Shown in pieces: positions 37,164-47,377 of a stretch of DNA of 64,000 nt. This DNA is from Acidimicrobiales bacterium. Its GTDB lineage: Bacteria > Actinomycetota > Acidimicrobiia > Acidimicrobiales > Aldehydirespiratoraceae. Made by a program: the position numbers and the translations under genes. The notes beneath the pieces are model-generated. The model was not told the origin of the DNA and searched no databases. It saw only the letters and a list, made by a program, of their open reading frames with translations. Each line of letters starts with the position of its first letter. Positions within the stretch are counted from its first letter, which is position 1. Where the stretch lies: positions 1,443,279 to 1,507,278 of the forward strand of contig OZ220692.1 in the NCBI GenBank assembly GCA_965116485.1. Reading direction: 5' to 3'.

Positions 37164-37582
37164 CGGATCTGTTGGAACTGGGGCAGCCAGACGTCGTCAC
37201 AGTGGAGAAAGAACACTTCGACGGGCATGCCGATAGCCACGTCGTCAGGGTCGGTGCCTAGGAGGTTGCTGGTGATGCGCAGCGGTTGTGTGGCGCTGCC
37301 CTCCTCAAGATCGACCAGGACCACGCAATACGGGCCGATGTCGCCGAACCACGGCTGGTGGTTGATGGTGAACGAGTAGATCGTGCCCCGTCCGCTGACG
37401 GCCGTGGGCTGTACCGAACTGCTGTGGCAGGAATGGCAGAATCCGGTTGGAGGATGGATCCAGGTGCCGCAATCGGCGCAGCGTTCGATGCAGAGCCTCC
37501 CTTCCACTCCTGATGTCCAGAATTGCCGGTTCTGAGGATCGACCGTGGGAAGCACTCGCGCAGGAAAGACGTCCTCCATCAC
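37160..37582 (-). CDS. DUF35 Zn-ribbon/OB-fold protein
   Basis: RCADCG...FCHSCH, SGRGTIYSFT, IGMPVEVFF. Confidence 0.92.
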   Translation of the reverse strand: MMEDVFPARVLPTVDPQNRQFWTSGVEGRLCIERCADCGTWIHPPTGFCHSCHSSSVQPTAVSGRGTIYSFTINHQPWFGDIGPYCVVLVDLEEGSATQPLRITSNLLGTDPDDVAIGMPVEVFFLHCDDVWLPQFQQIR

Positions 37583-38444
37583 ATGGTCCTCGGCTCTCGG
37601 CCCGCAGGCGTCTCACGCGTGGGCATCTCTCGGATCATGGCGTCCTGGACGCAGCTGGCGACGAGGGCGCCCCCGCTGTCGTGTACATGGCAGCGACCGT
37701 AGCTGCGCCCGCCGCCGGAGAACGGGGCTTCGTGGCTCAACAGCAACCAGTCGCGCATTGAGAACGCACGATGGAAGGTCAGCGTGTGGCTTATCACTCC
37801 GGTCGACAGGTCCACGTGGGCCCGGTCGTAGGCGACGCCGGGGTGTGGACGCATGGCTGTGCCGATCAAGAACCCGTCGGTTCCCCAAGCCAACACCGCT
37901 TGGTTGACGATCGGATCGTCGGGGGTGTGCCGGCTACGGTACCAGACCGACAGCTCAGCCGGGCCTGTGGGCCCGGCACTGTCGACAAGATCGATGTCGT
38001 CTGTGATGACGTACTCCGCTCCGGGGAAGACGGCATGGTCGCTCGCCGCGCGCTCCTCGTCGGGAGCAGTCGCCGCGGGGCGGTCGACCTGGTGGGCGAT
38101 GACGTCAGCCTCGGCGGCGTGGGTGAGCACCGAACCCCGAGCACAGAGCCGGTCGCCCTGCCAGACGCTTACCGTGTGGCTGGCGAAGGCTCGACCGGAA
38201 TGGAAGGTCTCAACTGCGATCTCGGTGTCGGCATCGACCCGCGCGGCTCGGGCGAAGGTCGCGCTGATGGTCTTGACCGACTTGTCGCCGCTGCGGGCGA
38301 CCGCGGCCATGATCATCTGAGCCAGCAGTTGGCCGCCGAACACCACATTGTTGACGGCGGGGTCCCCCTCGTTGTCGACTCGATAGCGCGCCTCTCCCAC
38401 TCGTTGCAGCCGGAGGATCGGAGGCAGCGCATCAGGGTCGGCGG

Positions 38445-38448
<4 letters not shown>
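37579..38448 (-). CDS. Acyl-CoA thioesterase (TesB-like double hotdog)
   Basis: VFGGQLLAQ, GRAFASH, HTLTFHR, LVASCVQDAMIR. Confidence 0.88.
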
Positions 38449-40145
<1,697 letters not shown>

Positions 40146-40335
40146 CCCGCCGAACTTACCAGCCCGGCGCCGACGAACAGCCTGCCGCAGTTCTGACGGC
40201 GGCACCGCGCGATGTGATCTTTGCCTGCATCCACCGGTGGAGGTCACCCATGTTCGCTGGACTGGAGTTATGAGGATGTCGCCCAATCCAGCGCGGACGT
40301 TCATGTGACCGTGAACGGCGTCAAGTCCAACACGA

Positions 40336-43300
40336 TCACTTTGAAAAGTCCTGGCTGATCGCCCAGAAGCTCAAGGCGTTGTGCAGCAGCTCGGCGTGCT
40401 CCTGCGCGTGGACCTTGGCGCTTCCACACGCTGGGCTGCCGGACTCGAAGCGGCTGACCCGGCGGATCCAGTGCGTGTCATCGTACGCCTCGTACAGGCG
40501 GCCCTTTATGGCGTTCCAGGGACCCATGTTCTCGGGCTCCTCCTGGAGCCAGACGAGCTCCGTTGCCGCGGTGTACTTGGCTAGTTGCGCAGCGATGGCT
40601 TCATAGGGCCAGGGGTAGAGCTGCTCGACGCGCACGATCGCCACGGGCGCGCCGAGCCGGTCCCGCTGGGCAATGGCGTCGAAGGCGACTTTGCCGCTCG
40701 CCAGAATCACACGCCTCACTGAAGCGGGATCGGGGTCGGCGGGGTCGCCGAGAACCTCCTCGAAGGTTCCCGACAGGAGATGGGCCAGCGGGGATCGTGA
40801 GGACCGCGCACGCAGCAGCGACTTGGGCGTGAACACGATCAGCGGCACCCGCACGTGCAGCAGCGTCTGGCGGCGCAGCAGATGGAAGAACTGCGCAGCC
40901 GTGGTGGCGTTGCAGATCTGCATGTTGTCCTCCGCCGCCAGCAGCAGATAGCGCTCGACGCGAGCCGAGGAATGCTCCGGTCCCTGCCCCTCGAGGCCAT
41001 GGGGGAGCAGCAGGACCAAACCGGTCTCCTGGTCCCATTTGTCCTTCGCGGCGACGATGAACTGGTCGATGATTATCTGGGCGCCGTTGGCGAAGTCACC
41101 GAACTGGGCCTCCCACATGACCAGCGCGTCGCGGTTGACGATCGAATATCCGTACTCGAAGCCCAGGGCCGCGTACTCCGACAGCAGGGAGTCGTAGATC
41201 CACAGCCGGGTGTCGCCGGTGGCGAGCGTGCGCAGCGGCACGTACTCGGCGCTGGTCTCGTAGTCGACCAGCGTCGAGTGGCGATGGCTGAACGTGCCGC
41301 GGCGCGAGTCCTGGCCGGCCAGTCGGATGCTGTTCCCCTCCAGCAGCAGCGAGCCCATGGCCATCGCCTCAGCCAGCGCCCAGTCGACCTCGCCGGCCGA
41401 GAACATCTCATCGCGCTTCTCGAACTGCTGGGCGAGCTTGGGGTGGAGCGTGAATCCGTCGGGCATCGTCGACAGCGCCCGATAGATCCGTTGAACGCTC
41501 ACATGGTCGATCGAGGTGCGCACGTGGGGCAGCACACCCACGGGTTGTGGCGCCGCCGCCGCCCGAGCATCGGGATCCGACGCCATCCCGCGGGTCTCGT
41601 CGAGGGCTGACTGCAAACGCGCCTGGAAGTCCGCCAACGCGTCGGCGGCCTGTGCCGGGGTCAGGTCCCCGCGTTTGGTGAGAGCCTCGGTGAAGTGCGC
41701 CCGGACCGAGGGTCGGGCATCGACGCGGCGGTACATCTCCGGCAGGGTGTAGCTGGGGTCGTCGCCCTCGTTGTGGCCGTGGCGCCGATAGCAGATCATG
41801 TCGATCACGACGTCCTTGTTGAACCGCTGGCGGTATGCGAATGCCAGCCGCGCCACGCGGACGCACGCCTCGGGGTCGTCGCCGTTGACGTGGAATATCG
41901 GCGCCTGGATCATCTTGGCGACGTCGGTGGAATACTCAGAGGAGCGGGCGACGTCGGGCGTCGTCGTGAAACCGAGCTGGTTGTTGATGATCACATGGAT
42001 CGTGCCGCCGACCCGGTATCCCTGGATCTGGGACAGGTTGAGGGTCTCGGCCACCACGCCCTGGCCCGCGAAGGCCGCGTCGCCGTGGATCAACAGCGGC
42101 AGCACCGGGAATCTGCCGTAGCCCTTCTCGGGGTCGATGCCGTCCATCAACGCTCGCGTCATGCCGACGACCACAGGATCCACGGCTTCGAGGTGGCTCG
42201 GGTTGGCCGCCAGTTCCAAGGGGAGCTTGTTGCCGTTGCGGCTGACGAACGTGCCCTTCTGACCCAGGTGGTATTTGACGTCGCCGGACCCCTGGGTCAT
42301 CTGCTCGATGTCGCCCCCCTCGAACTCTGTGAAGAGCTCCTTGTAGGTCTTGCCGACGATGTTGACCAGCACGTTCAGACGGCCCCGGTGGGCCATGCCC
42401 ATCACCGCGCAGGCCATGTGGCTGTCGGCGGCCGCACCCAGCACTGCGTCGACCAGCGGAATCGTGCTCTCGGCCCCTTCGATGCCGAAGCGTTTCTGGC
42501 CCACATACTTCGTGCCGAGGAAGGTCTCGAGCGCTTCAGCGGCGTTGAGGCGACTGAGGATGTGGCGTTGCTCGTCGGGCTCGATGTGGGAGTCCGCTCC
42601 CTCGAGCTGCTCCTGCATCCAGCGCTTCTCCACCGGGTCCTGGATGTGCATGTACTCGACGCCGACAGTTCGGCAGTAGGCGTCGCGCAGGACCCCCAGA
42701 AGGTCGCCCAACGCCATCTTCGGGGTGTCGCCGACCATCGCATAGATGCCCGTATCGGTTCCGGTCAGGAACTCGCGGTCGAGATCCCAGATGGTGAGGC
42801 CGTAGGTCGCCGGGTCGAGCTCGGCGTGCATCTTCGGCTCCTTGACCTGGAGCGGGTCGAGGTCGGCGATCAGATGGCCGCGAACCCGGTACATGTTGAT
42901 CAACTGATTGACCTTGGCCTGCTTCTCGAGCAGGGATCCCTCACGGTCGACGGGGTTGATGTCCCGGCGCCATTTGACCGCCTCATAGGGGACTTCGAGG
43001 GACTGGAACACCTTGACGTAGAAGTCGTCGCTGCCGAGCAGCAGGTCATGGACCTTGCGCAGGAACATGCCCGACTCCGCGCCCTGGATTATCCGATGGT
43101 CGTAGGTGGAGGAGATCGTGACGACCTTCGAGAGCCCCAGGTCGGCAAGAGTGGATGGATCTGCGGCTTCGAATCCGGTGGGATAGGAGATCGAGCCGAC
43201 ACCGACTATGAGACCCTGGCCAGGCATCAGTCTGGGCACTGACTGCATCGTGCCGATGGTCCCCGGATTGGTGATGGTGACGGTTGTGCCGGTGAGGTCG

Positions 43301-44217
43301 TCGGGGCTGATCTCGTTGTTGCGGACCCGGCGGACGACGTCTTCGTAGCGTGTGGCGAATTCTCGGAAGTCGAGGGTGTCGGCCTCTTTGATGTTGGCGA
43401 CCATGAGGGAGCGGGAACCGTCTGATTTGGCGACGTCGACGGCGATGCCGAGTGCCACATGCCTGTTGCGCACGAGTGTCGGCTCGCCGCCGGCACCGTG
43501 TTTGAACGAGTTGTTCATCACCGGGAAATCGTCGGCGATCGCCCGTATGACCGCGTAGCCGATCAGGTGCGTGAACGAGATCTTGTCGGCCATCTTTCGC
43601 CCGAGATAGCCGTTGATGATCTTTCGGTTGATCTCGAGGAGCTTGGCTGGGACCTCTCGGAAGCTCGTTGCGGTCGGTACGTCGAGCGAAGCTTCCATGT
43701 TGGCCACGATCCGGGCCCCGCCTCCTCTGATGACTGTGTTGTTGCTTTCGCCGGGCGCGTTGCTTTCGCCGGGCGTGGCCGGAGCCGTGGTTGCGGGGCG
43801 CGGGGCGGGGGCCGGGTTGCTGTTGCCGGGTGGGGCGGGGGCCGGGTTGCTGTCGCCGGGCGTGGCCGGAGCCGTGGTTGCGGGGCGCGGGGGCGCGGCG
43901 TTGCTGTTGCCGGGCGTGGCCGGAGCCGTGGTTGCGGGGCGCGGGGCGGGGGCCGGGTTGCTTGTGCCGGGCGCGTTGCTGTTGCCGGGCGTGGCCGGAG
44001 CGGCGGGAGCTTGGGGGGCGGGGGTTACGTCGCTGGCGGTGGTGTCGATGAGGGGCTTGGATTGTGGGACAGACGCTGTTCGGGTCCCGCTCTCTTTGTC
44101 GAAAATGACCCGCCATTCGTGGTCCACCGACGAGGGGTCTGCGTTCCAGCGCGCCCGCATCTCATCGATGAGCCAGTCGTTGGGGCCGTGCCGGCCGGAA
44201 GTGTCGGTTGTCGCCAC
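40336..44217 (-). CDS. kgd: Multifunctional 2-oxoglutarate decarboxylase/dehydrogenase (Kgd/OdhA, E2-E1 fusion)
   Basis: GPNDWLIDEM N-terminus, TYDHRIIQGAESG E2 domain, IHGDAAFAGQG, WEAQFGDF; GTG start at 44217 preferred. Confidence 0.96.
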   Translation of the reverse strand: MATTDTSGRHGPNDWLIDEMRARWNADPSSVDHEWRVIFDKESGTRTASVPQSKPLIDTTASDVTPAPQAPAAPATPGNSNAPGTSNPAPAPRPATTAPATPGNSNAAPPRPATTAPATPGDSNPAPAPPGNSNPAPAPRPATTAPATPGESNAPGESNNTVIRGGGARIVANMEASLDVPTATSFREVPAKLLEINRKIINGYLGRKMADKISFTHLIGYAVIRAIADDFPVMNNSFKHGAGGEPTLVRNRHVALGIAVDVAKSDGSRSLMVANIKEADTLDFREFATRYEDVVRRVRNNEISPDDLTGTTVTITNPGTIGTMQSVPRLMPGQGLIVGVGSISYPTGFEAADPSTLADLGLSKVVTISSTYDHRIIQGAESGMFLRKVHDLLLGSDDFYVKVFQSLEVPYEAVKWRRDINPVDREGSLLEKQAKVNQLINMYRVRGHLIADLDPLQVKEPKMHAELDPATYGLTIWDLDREFLTGTDTGIYAMVGDTPKMALGDLLGVLRDAYCRTVGVEYMHIQDPVEKRWMQEQLEGADSHIEPDEQRHILSRLNAAEALETFLGTKYVGQKRFGIEGAESTIPLVDAVLGAAADSHMACAVMGMAHRGRLNVLVNIVGKTYKELFTEFEGGDIEQMTQGSGDVKYHLGQKGTFVSRNGNKLPLELAANPSHLEAVDPVVVGMTRALMDGIDPEKGYGRFPVLPLLIHGDAAFAGQGVVAETLNLSQIQGYRVGGTIHVIINNQLGFTTTPDVARSSEYSTDVAKMIQAPIFHVNGDDPEACVRVARLAFAYRQRFNKDVVIDMICYRRHGHNEGDDPSYTLPEMYRRVDARPSVRAHFTEALTKRGDLTPAQAADALADFQARLQSALDETRGMASDPDARAAAAPQPVGVLPHVRTSIDHVSVQRIYRALSTMPDGFTLHPKLAQQFEKRDEMFSAGEVDWALAEAMAMGSLLLEGNSIRLAGQDSRRGTFSHRHSTLVDYETSAEYVPLRTLATGDTRLWIYDSLLSEYAALGFEYGYSIVNRDALVMWEAQFGDFANGAQIIIDQFIVAAKDKWDQETGLVLLLPHGLEGQGPEHSSARVERYLLLAAEDNMQICNATTAAQFFHLLRRQTLLHVRVPLIVFTPKSLLRARSSRSPLAHLLSGTFEEVLGDPADPDPASVRRVILASGKVAFDAIAQRDRLGAPVAIVRVEQLYPWPYEAIAAQLAKYTAATELVWLQEEPENMGPWNAIKGRLYEAYDDTHWIRRVSRFESGSPACGSAKVHAQEHAELLHNALSFWAISQDFSK
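43741..44005 (+). repeat. Dispersed hairpin repeat, locus D, translated in the Kgd linker (APATPG[N/D/E]SN)
   Basis: GCCGGGCGTGGCCGGAGC occurs four times, with shorter GTTGCT..GCCGGG units in between. Confidence 0.92.
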
Positions 44218-44298
44218 GCCGCCATTGTAGGCGAGCGCCGGTGGGCGTATCAGCAAAGACGTCGAACCGGTTCTGCTCCTATCGACGCTGCAAAGCTC

Positions 44299-44325
44299 CG
44301 TGGCTCCGGCTACGCCCGGCGAAAG
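44299..44325 (-). repeat. Dispersed hairpin repeat, locus F (single inverted copy)
   Basis: Reverse complement CTTTCGCCGGGCGTAGCCGGAGCCACG, in the kgd/xthA divergent gap. Confidence 0.85.
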
Positions 44326-44354
44326 GAACGTTTCCGCGCACTAGGATCGCGAGT

Positions 44355-45137
44355 GTGCGGATCGCGACGTGGAACGTGAACTCCCTGAAAGCCCGACTCG
44401 GGCGGGTCGAGCGCTGGCTCGAGATGTTCGAACCGGACGTCCTCTGCCTGCAGGAAACGAAGCTGGCCGACGATGCGTTCCCTGCAATGACTTTCGAATC
44501 GCTCGGTTACGACAGCTTCCATCACGGCGAGGGGCGCTGGAACGGCGTCGCGATCCTCTCACGAGTGGGAATCGAGGATCCGATCGCCGGTTTCGGCGAC
44601 GGCGGCCAACCGGATGCGGATGCGCGTATCGCCTGGGCGACCTGCGGCGGCGTCCGTGTCGCCTCCTGCTATGTGCCCAACGGCCGGGCGCTCGACCACG
44701 ACCACTACCAGTACAAGCTTTCCTGGCTCGACAGGCTGGCAGCCGATCTCGACGGTCAATGCCTCCCCAGCGACGACATCGTCGTCTGCGGCGACTTCAA
44801 TGTCGCCCCCGAAGATCGAGACGTCTACGACCCGGCCGAGTTCGTCACGCAGACCCACACCAGCGAGCCGGAGCGGGCCAGGATCGCCGCGCTCCGACAA
44901 TGGGGCCTCGTGGACGTCTTCCGCGAGCACCACAGTGATGGCCGCCTCTACTCGTGGTGGGACTATCGCGGCGGCAACTTCCACAAGAAGAAGGGCATGC
45001 GGATCGACTTGTTGATGACCTCGCGCTCCGTGGCCGACACGACGGACATGGCTCTGGTCGACCGCAATGAGCGCAAGGGCCCCAAGGATGATCCTCCGAG
45101 CGACCACGCGCCCGTGCTGATCGACGGGAACCGCTAG
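44355..45137 (+). CDS. xthA: Exodeoxyribonuclease III
   Basis: RIATWNVNS, LCLQETK, YVPNG, CGDFN, MRID, SDHAP. Confidence 0.95.
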   Translation: MRIATWNVNSLKARLGRVERWLEMFEPDVLCLQETKLADDAFPAMTFESLGYDSFHHGEGRWNGVAILSRVGIEDPIAGFGDGGQPDADARIAWATCGGVRVASCYVPNGRALDHDHYQYKLSWLDRLAADLDGQCLPSDDIVVCGDFNVAPEDRDVYDPAEFVTQTHTSEPERARIAALRQWGLVDVFREHHSDGRLYSWWDYRGGNFHKKKGMRIDLLMTSRSVADTTDMALVDRNERKGPKDDPPSDHAPVLIDGNR

Positions 45138-45141
45138 ACCG

Positions 45142-47268
45142 ATGCTGATTCCGCTCGACGAGCATCAACTCCTCGTCTTCTGGACGCAGCTGCTGGTCCT
45201 GGTCTCAGTCGCTCGCCTGTTCGGCGGTCTCATGCGCCGCATCAACCTGCCGTCGGTCATCGGGCAGCTGGCCGCGGGCATCATTGTCGGCCCGTCGATC
45301 TTCGGGCGTGTCTGGCCGACCGGCTTCGAGTGGTTCCTCCCCGAGGAGGAGATCTCCTCGGGGGCGCTGCTCGCGGTCAGTTGGCTGGGGGTGGCCCTGC
45401 TGTTGGTCACCGCGGGTTTCGAGACCGACCTGGGCCTGATCAGGAGCCTCGGGCGCGCGGCCGCGCTGGTGACCGGTTTCAGCCTGGTGGCGCCCCTGAT
45501 CGGTGGTCTGCTGGTAGGGGTCGCGCTGCCCGACTCCTTCCTGGGTGACGAAGCCGACCGAACCGTGTTCGCCCTGTTCGTGGCCGCGGCGCTGGCGGTC
45601 TCGGCCCTGGCGGTGATTGCCAAGATACTGTCCGAGCTCGGCCTGATGCGCCGAGACTTCGGGCAGATCACGGTGGCCGCGGGAATGGCCAACGACGTCA
45701 TCGGCTGGGTGATGCTGGCGATCTTCGCCAGTTTCGCGGCTTCGGGCGCGGTGTCGGTCCGGGTCGTGCTCGAAACGGTACTCGGACTCGCCGCCTTCCT
45801 GGCGTTGGCGATGACGGTCGGCCAACGTTTGGTCGACAAGGCGTTGCGCTGGGTACGACGCGACGGCGCCAACATCGCCGGGGCGATGACCGTGGTGGTG
45901 GTCACCATGCTCGTCTACGGAGTCGCCACTCAGGCTCTGGGCATCGAAGCGGTGCTGGGCGCCTTCGTGGCAGGGGTGGTGCTGCACCGCTCCCGGTTCG
46001 GCCAACCCGAGGTGCTGCATCACATCGAATCGCTCACAACGAGCCTCCTCGCACCGATCTTCTTCGCGACTGCAGGGATGCGCGTTGATCTCGGGCTCCT
46101 CGATTCTGAGGCGCTCATGTGGGTGGGCATCGTGCTTGCCGTCGCAATCGGCGCGAAGTTCGCGGGAGCGTTCGTCGGGGCCCACCTGGCCGGTCAGAGC
46201 CGACGCGCCGCGGTGGCACTGGGCGCCGGACTCAACGCCCGTGGAGCGCTCGAGATCGTGATCGCTTCGGTCGGGCTTTCGCTCGGTGTGTTCAGCGAGA
46301 CGGCGTACACGGTGATCGTCATCGTTCCGGTGGTCACCTCGGTGTTCGCGGCGGTGTCGCTGCGCATGGTGGTGCGCGGTTGGAGGGGCTCCGCCGACGA
46401 GCGGGAACGCCTCGACCGGGAGAGGGCCCTCAGCCAGAACCTGGTCGTCAAGTCGTCTCGGATCCTGCTGCCGTCTCGGGGCGGGCCGGCATCGATATCA
46501 GCAGCGCAGCTGGTGGAGTTCGCCTGGCCGAAGGAGGCGCCGGCGACTCTTGTCTCGGTCGTCGACGGGGGTGAGCGGCCCGACGTCTCGGTGCTCGAAG
46601 CCGTGCTCGACGAGCGGGTCGTCGACCACCGGTCGGTGAGCGGCAGCAGTGCGGCAGCGGAGATCACCGCCGAGTCGCGCTTGGGCTATGGAGTGATTGC
46701 GGTCGGTGTGGCGACTCGCCACGAGGGTCAACTGTATTCGCCGATGGTCGACGAAATCCTGCTGAACGCGACGATCCCGGTCGTAATCGTGCGCCGAGCC
46801 CGCGGGCTTGAGCGTCCGTTGCCCGCTGCTTTCAGCCGGGTGGTTGTGCCGGTGACAGGCACGCGTTCGTCGAGCGCGGCTCAAGAGGTCGCGTTCAGCA
46901 TCGCGGATCAGCTGGGCACCGAGGTGGTCCTCACCCACGTGCTCAACCGCAAGACGTTCGTTCCGCGTGTGTTGAAACGGCGTGCCGCGGATCTGGACCC
47001 GAGCGAAGTGATCGCCAAGGAGCTGATGGACATTGCCACGATGAGGGCGGTTGAGGCAGGGGTTTGGCCTCGAACTCTGATCCCCAGTTCCGCGAACGTG
47101 CCCTCTGCGCTGGTGGCAGTAGCAAAGGATGAGGACTGCGATCTCGTGGTTCTCGGCGCCCAGTTGCGCAGCGTCGACGGTCGCCCGTTCCTGGGCCACA
47201 CCGTCGAGACGGTTCTCGAGCAATGCGACGCCAACGTCGCGGTGGTCGCCCTCCCACGCCGCGACTAG
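45142..47268 (+). CDS. Cation:proton antiporter (CPA2-like) fused to universal-stress-protein domains
   Basis: About 12 TMs with VIAKIL..ANDVIGW and APIFFATAG; C-terminal VVVPVTG..LVVLG..GHTVETVL USP motifs. Confidence 0.88.
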   Translation: MLIPLDEHQLLVFWTQLLVLVSVARLFGGLMRRINLPSVIGQLAAGIIVGPSIFGRVWPTGFEWFLPEEEISSGALLAVSWLGVALLLVTAGFETDLGLIRSLGRAAALVTGFSLVAPLIGGLLVGVALPDSFLGDEADRTVFALFVAAALAVSALAVIAKILSELGLMRRDFGQITVAAGMANDVIGWVMLAIFASFAASGAVSVRVVLETVLGLAAFLALAMTVGQRLVDKALRWVRRDGANIAGAMTVVVVTMLVYGVATQALGIEAVLGAFVAGVVLHRSRFGQPEVLHHIESLTTSLLAPIFFATAGMRVDLGLLDSEALMWVGIVLAVAIGAKFAGAFVGAHLAGQSRRAAVALGAGLNARGALEIVIASVGLSLGVFSETAYTVIVIVPVVTSVFAAVSLRMVVRGWRGSADERERLDRERALSQNLVVKSSRILLPSRGGPASISAAQLVEFAWPKEAPATLVSVVDGGERPDVSVLEAVLDERVVDHRSVSGSSAAAEITAESRLGYGVIAVGVATRHEGQLYSPMVDEILLNATIPVVIVRRARGLERPLPAAFSRVVVPVTGTRSSSAAQEVAFSIADQLGTEVVLTHVLNRKTFVPRVLKRRAADLDPSEVIAKELMDIATMRAVEAGVWPRTLIPSSANVPSALVAVAKDEDCDLVVLGAQLRSVDGRPFLGHTVETVLEQCDANVAVVALPRRD

Positions 47269-47359
47269 CTTTCGCCGGGTGTGGCCGGTGCCGCGGGTTG
47301 GTTTCGCCGGGTGTGGCCGGTGCCGCGGGTTGGTTTCGCCGGGTGTGGCCGGTGCCGCG
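47269..47359 (+). repeat. Dispersed hairpin repeat, locus E: 3 x 32-bp tandem
   Basis: TTTCGCCGGGTGTGGCCGGTGCCGCGGG(TTGG) x3, starting right after the antiporter TAG. Confidence 0.92.
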
Positions 47360-47377
47360 GGAGACGGGTGCGCGGAG

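Noticed and set aside
41695-43242. Long opposite-strand ORFs (also 7758-9056, 27424-28833, 38478-40196, 53670-54890)
   Set aside because: Antisense or off-frame shadows of well-supported genes, expected at high GC; no motifs.
47269-47359. Possible mini-CRISPR (32-bp repeats)
   Set aside because: Contiguous near-identical units, no spacers.
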